A program made the position numbers and the translations under genes. From positions 121,212,001 through 121,276,000 of the forward strand of contig NW_024704742.1 in assembly GCF_018977255.1 (NCBI RefSeq): a stretch of 64,000 nucleotides of DNA, read 5' to 3'. The DNA comes from Callorhinchus milii. Its lineage: Eukaryota. The first letter of the stretch is position 1, and every line of letters begins with the position of its first letter. The notes below the pieces were generated by a model, which saw nothing but the letters and a program-made list of their open reading frames with translations, was not told the origin of the DNA and ran no database searches. Shown piece by piece: positions 26,830-38,054 of this stretch.

Positions 26830-27278
26830 TATAATAATCCTTGTATTTGAAATATCGCCTTTCACATCAGAACTTCACATGATTTACGGTAAACTGTGTA
26901 TTTTGTAGACTAACATAGCAGGCCAATCTACATACAGCAACATCCCACAAAGACTAGAAATGAATGATCAGTTTTATCTGGGGGATTGTTGGCCAGGATA
27001 CTGGGAGAAACTCACTATTTTAATAGTTATAATAACAATCCTTGCATTTGATATCGTGCCTTTTCATGTCGTCGAGACGTTTCAAAGCCCTAGACAGAAT
27101 ATCCTATAAAGTGAATTGATGGTGTATTTTTTATGGGCAAAATACAGCAGCCAATTGCACAGCATGTCTCACAAATATTGTGGCTTGAGTGACCAAATTA
27201 TTATTTAGTTGTTTTTTTAACAAGGGATTATTACCCCAGGCAAACGATCTGCCAATTGACTAATGACCGGGTTCCTAT
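26830..27278 (-). mobile_element. Two tandem SINE 3' parts (Deu type 26830-27020; young long variant 27028-27278)
   Basis: Two aatccttg(c/t)atttga tails, each followed by its characteristic body. Confidence 0.8.
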
Positions 27279-27919
27279 TAAATTATTTGGACCTTTTTAT
27301 TGTGCAGTTTCAACTGAAAGCTTGTTTGTGAAGCTCACAATTGCTTCTGATCTTGAGCAACTAGGACAACAAAACACATAGTCACTCAACTTCACAGCAA
27401 ACTCCTGTGAAGCGCATGGAGAAGTCTTGATGACCTGATAACACGCTGTATCAAATGCAAGGACTATTATTATCTCAAAGTCCAGGCACTAGTAAACAAT
27501 TGGTCCTTCTAGCCTACCATTTAACATTCAATCAACACATCTATCTTGTCATGTAATAATTCTAAACACTTTTACTTTTCCAGGATTCCTTCCACTAGAT
27601 AATAGGCATCAAACTTTGTTCTCAGACCACCAGCAATCAAACAACATAAATAGTAATGAGAAACCAAAGTAAATCCTATCTTTATTGTTTGGCTCCAATA
27701 ACAGTTATCAGCATAACATGGAGCGATAGGGTGGTGGGAGAAACATAAGGTTCAGGTGAGGGAGAAATTCCACTTTGGTCTTAGACCTAGAACTAGACTG
27801 ACTTTTCTTAGATCTTATAAGAACCTATAAGAACCAGGTTCAAAATTAAGATTGTTTTTAACAAAGATTTACAAAGAATGATCTTAACGTTTAATGAGCA
27901 TGCCCACCACTTCTAGTCA

Positions 27920-28697
27920 GGCACTGGCAGCATTAGCATTCAAGGATGAACACTCCACTTCACCAAGCCCGTCCAGAACCTTGACATCTCGTTGACCCTC
28001 AACAAACTTTTCTACCCTACATCTGTTCCATGAACTGTTCTGCCTTCCCCTACCTCCGCAACATCGCCTGGCTAAACCATTGTCTCACACCGCAGGCCGC
28101 CGAGACCCTCATACACTCATTCATAACATCCAGGCTCCACTACGCAACCTCCCTGCTTGTTGGCCTCCCTAACTCCTCCTTCCATAGGTTGCAGATCATC
28201 CAGAATTCTGCAGCCCATGTCCTCTCCCACACCAGGCTCCGGGACCCTATCACCCCCATCCTCGCCCGATTCCACTGGCTTCCCATCACACTGAGGATAC
28301 AGTTCAAGATCCTGATCCTCACCTTCAAAGTCCTACATGGCCTTGCTCCCCCCTACCTCTGAGACCTCCTTAAACCCCGACCAACCTGCCCACTCCCTCC
28401 GCTCAGCGGGCTGTGGCCTGCTTCACGTCTCCCGCTTCGCCCCCCACCACCATTGTTGGGTGGGCCCTCAGCCACTCTGCCCCCACCCTCTGGAATTCCA
28501 TCCCGCAGTCCATCCACCTTGCCTCCTTCAAGACTCGTCTCAAGACCGTGCCTTCGGTTACCCTCCTTCCTCCCTGCCCTCCACTATCCCCTATCCCGAC
28601 CCATAGCTCAGGTCCAAAAAACTGATTGTCCAGCGCCTTGGGACGTCCTCCCGACGTGAAAGGCGTTATACAAATGTAATTTTGGTGTTGTTGCTGT
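27920..28697 (+). mobile_element. L2 LINE 3' part (subfamily A)
   Basis: AAETLIHSFITSRLHY...ARFHWLPITLRIQFKIL; intact 3' stem-loop and tail. Confidence 0.93.
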
Positions 28698-29180
28698 TAA
28701 TTTATTGTTGAAAAAAATGGTGTGTTCTGAAATGCTAAGGGAAAAAGTCAAAGGTCAGCTGAAATTTCTCCACTTGCTTCTCAAGTTTTCCTGTTTATTC
28801 TCATCACTGCTTTTTTTTATTATTAAATGAGGCACAAAATATGATCTATTGTTTCTCAATGAAAGTTGGCTGTCCTTCATAGCCCTTTTCTCTTGGGTAT
28901 TAGAAATGCCATGGTCGTCTTTTCGATTCCTTGTTCTGTTACAAAGAGATTTAGAACTTTAGAACAACTGTACCCTATGACACACCTTCCATTTCCCTCC
29001 ACCGTGCATCAATTTTGGCTGAGCAGAGTTGGGTGAATATCTGAAAAGAAAGTTCTTTTTAAAAAAAAGTCTTGTTTCAGAATTTTGGTTTTATTTAATG
29101 GTCACAGAATAGCGGAAGAGGCTCGAGGGGCTGAATGGCCTACTCCTGTTCCTATTACGAAGATTTGTTTGTATGTTTCC

Positions 29181-29399
29181 TAGGATCACAGCCGAGATGT
29201 GTTATTGCCCGGGAAGATTCTTGTTTGACACGGGTTCTTTTGGAGTTTGTCTCAAAAAATTTCATCACAGAAATATTTCTAACGGGTCTAACCGTTGCAA
29301 AATGGTTGTGCAACTTATAATTTTGACACTACAATTGTCAATGGAAGAGGGAGAAATCTGAACCGTGGATGTGACCTCCGACAATTATATATAGAGATA
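29181..29399 (-). mobile_element. Possible non-autonomous Helitron-like element
   Basis: Minus strand begins A|TCTCTATATATAA and ends ...CCCGGGCAA...CTAG; CpG-rich relative to flanks; the terminal hairpin is imperfect. Confidence 0.3.
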
Positions 29400-31340
29400 T
29401 GCTGTTTGATATGGCTTCTGTCTGTATGTGAATCTATATACAGTATGTAGGGTTCAAACCCACAGCCTTCTAACCCAGATGTGAGAGTACTACCAACTGA
29501 GAAAGGCTGCCTCATAGTGACGCAGACTGAGATGTATCTATTATAATTAAATTATTATCCCTTTCAGCCAAAGTCTGACCTTCAATTGTTTAAAAACAGA
29601 GTAGTGGAATACCTCCACCTGGCTTGGTATCGGGCTCACCCACTGTTAAGCGGTCCAAGACACCGTCCGGAGTGAAGGGCGCTATATAAATGCAAGTTGT
29701 TGTGGTTGTTGGAATAAGCCTTACAAACAAATACAAACCATCCCAAAGGATTGTTCCGAACATTGAATAAATTGTTGTTATTCTTAATTGTGCTTTTTTT
29801 TAAAAAAAGGAAACTTCAATCCAGTCCAACTGAAGGATGAAAGAATGGAATCATATTCTTTTAATGAAGCATCATTCAATTTAATGTCAGAATCCTGATT
29901 ATTATTTCTTAACAGACTGTAATCCTAAAATTTATTGCCGTAACTGAATTACTATTGACTCCTTTCCATGAAGCTGCCAGTCAGTGCTTGCTACATGAAT
30001 AACCCAAATAATAGTGCAATCTATACTGATAAATCAGTGGCATCACTGTAACTCTGAATTGTTACTTTTTGACATTTACATTGATGATCTTAAGAGTAAA
30101 AACAAAGTTTAGCAGATTTAAAAATGTTAGTTTCTCTTAATTTTAATCTTAACTTTACTAAATGTAATTGTTGTGTGAGATAGTGTATTAAGGCTATTGT
30201 CTGACATAGTAGGAGAAAGCAGAGAGTGTTGTGTAAACAAACAGGTACCATAACGGTGAGTTCTTTCTTCACCAAAGAGATATCTAAATAAATAAAATGC
30301 TCTACTGTACTGAATTTGTAGGGTACACATTAATGGCAAAGATCTCATCAGAGACCTTCAAAGGCTCTTCAGATGTTATATTCCCAAAAGCTGCATGACT
30401 GAAAATTGTGATGGAAAATCAGAAATGTACATAACATTTCATCCACAAAATACATAGTCAATCCACTTTACAATATATTCTATGAAGCGCTTTGAAACGT
30501 CTCAACGATGTGCTGCAGCGTTATATCAAATGCAAGGATTATTATTATTATAACACATAGACCTTTCAATTTATTAGCAATATTCCACTAAACTGAAAAG
30601 TTTCTTACATTTACACAACTTAAAATCTGACATGATTGTTATGGACTCATTAGGCAAGAGACATTACGATATCTCAGATTGTTAAATCCCATTTATTATA
30701 CAGATCCATTAAATATACATTTTTATGTCATTAGTTTTATCTAAGTGATGAATGAAAAGCATTTGTGTGTTCTATATGTAATGGATTTTTCTGTCTGATT
30801 GTACTGATAATTATAAATTCACTTAATCAACCATCACACCCCTTGTTGAGATGTACTGCCAATGAACAATCTAAAATGTTAATGTTTAAAGTTTTTATCA
30901 TTTCTCTTTTTGATTATTAGGTCTACTGGAACATTTTAAGTGATTGAAATTATGATGAATACTTATGTCATAAACAAACTTTCTTGTGATACATATGTAA
31001 CAATAATACTTGGATTTGATATAGGACCTTATCAGGTCACACCATATAATTACATTACATATAGAAAAATACGCTTTCTACATATAAATCTGTCAATTTA
31101 TTGTTTTATAGATATACATAAAATCCTTTGTCTAGATTTACTCTATTAAAGTAAAATTTCAGACAGTCCAACATTTGTTAATATCTTAAATACAGTCTTT
31201 GATTTTAAAGCAGGTTTTCTGTAAGAATTTACAGACAAATTTTAAAATTTAATTTAAACAACTTGCCAAAAATTGCATACTCTGAAATGTTCCGTTAAAA
31301 GAATAAATTTAGACTAGGTCGAATTTTACTTCAAATATTA

Positions 31341-31544
31341 GGCCAAAATTACAATATTCGCAACTGGAGTCACTTAGGATGCGCAATGTCCTGAGGGTAA
31401 CTGGAATTCCATCGTGATAGTCCAGGTGAACTCCACTCCAACCCGTCCAGAAATGATTTGTGATGGAGCAGAGTTCTGGCATTTCCAAATACAGTATTTC
31501 TGAATTTTGTGTGACTTAAGTTGTGAATATTAAATTTTGAAACC
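31341..31544. mobile_element. MITE, PIF/Harbinger-like
   Basis: ~33-bp imperfect TIRs (ggccaaaattacaatattcgcaactggagtcac / gtgacttaagttgtgaatattaaattttgaaacc); TTA on both flanks (31338-31340, 31545-31547); inner inverted repeat aactccactcca/tggagcagagtt. Confidence 0.7.
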
Positions 31545-32342
31545 TTATATAGATAGATACATTATGTGAATACCTATGTAGCGACACATAGATTGATAGA
31601 TATAAAACTATATATGGACAGAACCATAGAACGATAAAGGAATAAAGAAATGTAGAAAAATGCAGAGTGAAGCAGTAGAATTAAGATCATAAACCTGCAC
31701 ATGCTCATACTTTGAAGATAATTTAGTTTCATAATGCATTCAATGTCATAATTATTATATCAAATGAAAGATACTAATTTTACCCCATTATTTCAACATT
31801 TTGCTGCTCATACTTCATAAAAGTACACTGAGATGGTATAACTAATTTAATTTATTTTGCCACTTTCCCAAAGAGTGGTTGTGATCTATAAATGTCACTA
31901 TAACATATCCTTTTGTTTCCTACATACTTGCATCTTAAAGTCCTGGACCCAGCAATATCTCAATCCATGTGTTTGCTGTGCCATTACTCAATGTAATCCA
32001 TAAATAATAACTGTTGTTCAACCATGCTATATTATGCAGACATTGATTTTAAATTATCATACAAAATATATGAGTCATTGTAAAAATGGGATAACTTCAA
32101 AATATGGCATGACTGATATCTTAACACATTCACCCGGCAGGTTGGGAGGAACACTTGAAAGTCATGCTATTAATGGATAACTTGTCGGTCTATTTCACTT
32201 TGACATAGAGATTTTAGCCAGTGTGTACATCAAGATAGTATTGATATAAACAATGAACAGGTCTCACTCATTAGCTAAATATTGTGAGCAGGAAGGAATT
32301 TTCTTTAGCAATACGATTCTGTAACAAGATGAACTTTTAAGT

Positions 32343-32650
32343 GTTAGCCAGGCTTATTTGGTAGCACTCTTGCCTCTGTATCACAGAGATGGCAGGTTGG
32401 GGGTAAGGAGTCATCCCACTCAGCTCCTAATGGGTAGGATTGTCCAAGCTGGACAAGCAGCGGGAAAGCTTTCCAGACAGTGACACCATATGGGTTCAAG
32501 CCTCATGTTCCGGCTTTGAGTTCATAGACTGGGCTGACTCCCTGGTAAGTATTAAATTGTCAGAGGTGGACATTAAAGATTCCATGACACTGTTCAAAAA
32601 GAGAAAGCAGTTTCTCCGTGTGCCCTGGCCGACAATCTCCCTGATAAGTT
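32343..32650 (+). mobile_element. Deu-domain SINE with a ~100-bp insert between the A and B boxes
   Basis: Head ggtagcactcttgcctctg, insert ~32388-32488, then gggttcaagcc and the Deu core. Confidence 0.7.
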
Positions 32651-33084
32651 AGGTATTCATTTTATAATAATAACAATCCTTGCATTTGATATAGCAACTT
32701 ATCAGGTCTTTGAGACGTGTCAAATTCTTCACAGAATATACTGTAAAGTGAATTGACTGCATATTTTGTAGTCTAAATGCTTCACGTCTGTTTGTGAGAC
32801 CTTGCTGTGTGCAGTTTGCCAATTGGAGGGGGTAACTAAGCTGCTGCTGTTGACTATCTAGTGGATAAAGTTTTTTGAAGCTATTTGATAAAAATTCCAC
32901 ATATAAAGATTAATGTAAAATAATATTGGGGTGTAAAAGTGCAACATTTTGAAAAAGTTCAGTATATTAATTAGGTAAATGTATGATCCAGGTTTTCAGA
33001 ATGTTGTGATGCATAGTTAATATTAACTTTTTATTATTACTTTTATTATTATTATATTAACTTAGTTGGTGAATGCAGAGCTAT

Positions 33085-33325
33085 AAGGCACATGTTCAAA
33101 ATGAATAAAGCTTTAGTAAGACCAGTGATCAGCAGAAAACTTTTTTTACCCACCGAGCAGTAGGTACAGTATGTGAAACAAACTTGGAGCAAAATGAGTT
33201 GAGGCTGAGTCAATTAACTCCTTCAGAAAATAGTTGCATGCAGAGCTGGCTTGGAATTGGTGGAAACAGGGATGGATGAAGTAAGATGAGCAAGTAATCA
33301 ATGGACGTAATGATTCCTTTGCTGT
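33085..33325 (+). mobile_element. Old CR1 3' fragment
   Basis: aggcacatgttcaaa...tttttttacccaccgagcagtag. Confidence 0.55.
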
Positions 33326-33729
33326 TGGGCAGGAGTAGAAGGAAATGTTATCAGTAAGTGATGTACACCAGGTCTGGAAATAGAGATTTGAAAATGGTAG
33401 AATAGAATTTTGCTTGATAACCTTGAGATTCAGAGGTATTTGTGCAGAAATTTCCCTTGGGAGATGGATGGGGTAGAGACCATGAGAGAGTAGATTTCAC
33501 ACAATGGGATCTATTGGGGGATAGGGAGTGAACAGGCAAAGCATGCCAGGTTCACAGGATGCAGGTTTTGTCCCCTATTTTGATTGTTGTTTCAATCATC
33601 TTTAAGACCCACTGGATTATTTATTATTTATTAGGTAACTTTAACATTTACAAAAATAAGTTTAATTATTTCGCAGTTACTGTATTTATTATTGAATTCC
33701 TTTTTGTTATTTTTTTCTCCCGTTTTCTC

Positions 33730-34125
33730 CCCTCATTTTCTGAAGATTGCTGACTTTTTGCTTGTCCCATTGCTGTTGGCAGCTCTCTGATCGCTAACGC
33801 CAATGACCATTCATCATGGCTGAATCTGCACAGTTACCATCTGCAGCCTTTCTGACTCTGGGAGAATCACAGCTGACTTAATCCTTTGCTCACCCACAAA
33901 CACAGACATTCACACACCACACACATACCCACAGATTCCAGCAGCAATCAGGAGAACTATGGTTGATTTACTCTCTCCCCAGCCCAAGAATGCCCAGGCC
34001 AATTGTAATATCGATCTCCTACCTTTGCTGAGATAAGCAAACTGAGTACAGACCCAAAATCAAACCTGTGACTTCATACTCTGCAGGACTACCTGCTGCA
34101 TCAATGTCTTTGCTTACTCGGCCAT
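33730..34125 (-). mobile_element. AmnSINE2-like ancient SINE, near full length
   Basis: ctgaagattgctgact...gcaatcaggagaac...aggccaattgta...gctgagataagc...tactcggcc. Confidence 0.6.
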
Positions 34126-34602
34126 AACAGAGTCTAATCACTGCAACATTTTTAAAATAAATGAAATAAATAAGAATGCTAATGTTTTCATACTGCTACA
34201 AAATCATTGCGTATACATTACCAGGATAAAAACTTGTATTTGTTATATAATGAGAAACCTTAGATAAAAAGGCAAGGACCATAGTGTAGCACATCATCAT
34301 GACTGGAAGGAATTGGAAAGAAAATCTACATGGAATAATCTAATGTTATGCATTTCATCAAGGGGTTTCAGTCAGCATTGGTGTATTTAAGAAACTATAT
34401 ATGACACTTCCATATGGCATGGATAATTTATTCCTCTTCCCCTTTATAACATGTTGTAGTACAGAGCTGAAGATGGCAGATGTCTCAGACAGCAACCTTC
34501 ACCTCAGATAAGAACTATTTCTGTTGTGTCTGTGACAAGCTCAGCCATTGTTCATACAGTATTAGGATCCAACTAGTTGGAAATAGTCAGAAACATTTGT
34601 CC

Positions 34603-34958
34603 ACACTCGTCTTGCAAGCAAGAGGACCCGGATTTGATTCTCAGCCAGGATGAAACCTTAGGCAAGTTTCCTTACTCCACATGCTTCAGTTTACCTAGCA
34701 GTAAGTAGGTATCCGGTTGTTAGTAAATTGGCGGATTGCTTTTTCAAGGGTAATAATCCCTTCAAATAAATAAATAATCATTTGGTCACTCAATCCACGA
34801 CTGTTTGTGGGATATTACTGCGCACAATTGGCTGTCTTGTTGCACCCACAAATATAAAGTCAATTCATTTTACAAGTATATTCTGTGAAGCGCTTTGAGA
34901 CATCTCAACAACGTGATAAGGCATTATATTTGCAAGGACACTGCAAGGATTATTATAT
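34603..34958 (+). mobile_element. Young SINE, long (CORE-containing) variant
   Basis: accttaggcaagtttccttactccacatgcttcagtttacctagcagtaagtagg followed by the Deu 3' part and tail. Confidence 0.9.
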
Positions 34959-36699
34959 TATCATATTTAGCCCAGACAACCTAGAGTGGAGGGATTTTGA
35001 ATCTTTTGGCTGAATTTTCAAAATAACTTTTATCTCGTGCTGGATTTTCTGCTTTTATAAAGCTGCTTGATAAATCTCAGTATTGTTACTCCAAATTTAA
35101 GAATTGGATGCTAAAAGCACGTAATCTGAGATTTGTTTAACCATCTCCTTTGTTGCAAAAGATATATGGATGTATCTATTCAGATACTTCAGAATTTTCC
35201 CAAATTATATGATGTAGATATGTTTTACTGAAATAAAGTCGACATGTTGGTGTGACTGGGGGTTAATTTCTCCAATCTTTAAATGACTGAAACCAGATTG
35301 AAATATTAGCCCACTTACCAAATTATGGTCATGGATATTACATCCAGGCAAGCAGAACATTGTAAACCCAATCTATTATACAGCTGACCATCATATCTGA
35401 ATGAAAGCCCATATACTGCGAATTAAAGTCATTGGCCTAAATCTAAATGAAGCTATGAATTACTCTCAACTATGATTTAGTTAGATTATGGACAGCATAG
35501 TCCAAATTCCTTACCAAAAGCAGCGGGTTTCACTAGCCCGACTAACAATCAGTTGGTCCATGCCACCTGAAATCATGGACCAACTAGTAGCTTTTTAAGA
35601 TGCATGCTCGAGCTCTCTCTAAATTTTGTGAATACTATTAAATCACATGTAGAGGGAAAGTTATTATGCTTAAATGTCGTTTCTTCAAGGAGTCAATAGT
35701 CTCAGTGCTATTTGAAGCAGTTTTAACAGAGCAGCTCTTTAAGAACAAAATTGTATGGAACTCCACTACTGTATAATCTGGCAGAATTTAAAATGTGATA
35801 ATGTTACATTACCATAAAACTATCACTGTCAGACATCCATTTAAACATTTCCCACTGCGCATTCTGAATGAAGAGGCATTAACTTCTAAATCATACTCTT
35901 ATACAGTAGGTTATTTATTGTAGGTTATTTTTGCTGGTTTATATTTTCCGAGGGAATAAATTACTTGCTATTTAAGGAAAATTCTACAGTATGGAATGTT
36001 TTGGCCAACATTTGCAAACCAAGGTTCTTTATTAAAAGGGTTCATTAGATGGTTAAAAAAACCTTTTGGGAAATAAGATGGGTAGATAGGATGGGGCCAA
36101 TGATTTACTACTGCCTAAAATTGTAATAATATAAATATTAATAATCTTTATATTTGATATAGCACCTTTCACATCAAGAGTGCTTCACAGGATAATAATA
36201 AGAACAATAATAATAATAATCCAGCATGAAGGGTGTTATATAAATGTAAGTTGTCGTTAATGTACAGTAACTGGGAATGGCCACGGTGGTTATAGGGAAA
36301 AATGTGGTCTTAAACTAGAAAATAGTCCAGTAGTTTCTGGCTGTGCTTTAGAGGCTAATATGTGAATGTCATCAATTGATGGTAATATAATAATCCTGCA
36401 TTTGATATATCACCTTATCATGTTATTAATGTGTCTAAAAGTGCTTTACAGGATTTTACTGTTAAGTGTAGTGATTGTGTAGTTTTAGGTGAACATGATG
36501 GCAGGCTGAACAAAGGAAATTTGAGAGATCAGGTAGTACAGTATCTCTGCATTCTTGGAAGAGATTGAGGGATGTGGCAGAGTTTATAATAGGATGGGGT
36601 TGATGAAATTTGTAGTAGGAGCAGGCTTGACGGTATCAAGTGCAAGATATTGACATGGATTTGGAATTACCTGAAGGGAAGGAAGCTATGGTATTAAGC

Positions 36700-37738
36700 A
36701 GGACCTCGAGGGCCTGTTCTGGGATCCCTAATATCCTTGTATATATTAATGACCTGGATTCACACACCCAGTGTAAGTTAATTACATTTGCAGATGACAC
36801 TAAGTTGGGGGGAAACTGTGGAAACAGTTGCAGCAAAGGTCCTACAAAAAGAACTCAGTAGGCTATGCACATGGGATGGTAACTGGCTGATAAAGATTAA
36901 TACAAATAAATACAAAGTACTGCAGTTAGAAAAGGAAACACAAGTTGGGATCAGGTAATCTAATCGGGTTGCTATAATAATAATAACAATTATTATCATC
37001 TTTGCATTTGATATTGTGCCTTATCACATCGTCGAGACGTCTCAAAGCACTTCACAGGACATACTGCAAAGTGGATTGACTGTGTGTTTTGTGGATGAAA
37101 CGATTCCATTGAAGGGATAGAACTTGCCAAGGGGGCAGCTGAAAGAAATCAAGGTGTGTTAGTTGATTCATTGCTCACTATGTCAAAACAGTGCGAGGCA
37201 GCAATAAACAAAGCAAACAGGATGCTGGGCTATATTGCTAAATCAGTTGAGTTTAGATCCCCAGACATCATGCTGGAGCTGTATAGCACTCTGGCCAGGC
37301 CGCATCTAGAGAACTGCATACAGTTCTGGCTACTAAGATATAAGGGGGCAGTGCAGAGGAGAGCAACGGGATAATCCCCAGTGTTAGAGAAATGAGCTTT
37401 GAGCAAAAATTGGACAAGCTGGGGTCTTCAGTCCTCGGAGACCATGTCTAAGAGGAGAAGTTATAGAAGTGTATAAAATTTTAAATGGGATTGAAAAAGT
37501 AAACCGAGAACCATATTTTAGGATGCATCAAGATAGAGGAACAGGAAGACACAGGTTCAGAGTTGCGAAGGGCAATTTCAGAACAGATACCAGGAAGTTT
37601 TTATTTACCCAAAGGGAAATTAATGACTGGGACAGGTTGAGACCAGGACACTGGATTTGTTGAACATACAGCTTGATGCTGTGATGGGAGGATAGTAGCC
37701 TAGGTATTTTGGACAGATGAGATCAGATGGGCCAAAGG
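36700..37738 (+). mobile_element. CR1 LINE RT 3' part, interrupted by an antisense SINE tail (36975-37102)
   Basis: VYINDLD...LITFADDTKLGG, ANRMLGYI...LARPHLENCIQFW, YKILNG...FTQREINDW. Confidence 0.9.
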
Positions 37739-37746
37739 ACAAAGGT

Positions 37747-38054
37747 GGAGTCCTATAGCTCAGTGGTTAGAGCACTCGCTTTGCAAGTGAGAGACCTGGG
37801 TTTGATTCCCGGCAGGGTGAAACCTTGGGCAAGTTTCCTTACTCCACACGCCTAATAATAATCCCTCAAAAAAAATAATAAATTGGTCATTTCAATCCAC
37901 GACTGTTTGTGGGACACTGCTGTGCGCAATTGGCTGCCACATTTCGCCCACAAATATACAATCAATTCACTTTACAGTCTATTCTGTGAAGCGCTTTGAG
38001 ACGTCTAGAAGACGTGTAAAGTGCTATATCAAATGCAAGGATTATTATTGTTAT
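37747..38054 (+). mobile_element. Young tRNA-SINE, full-length short variant
   Basis: GGAGTCCTATAGCTCAGTGG (A box), GGTTTGATTCC (B box), Deu 3' part, stem-loop tail, (TTA)n. Confidence 0.93.

Noticed and set aside
37747..37820. tRNA gene call for the SINE heads (also ~2795-2867, ~21425-21496, ~55792-55860)
   Set aside because: A and B boxes are present, but each runs straight into a shared SINE body and lacks a proper acceptor stem and terminator.
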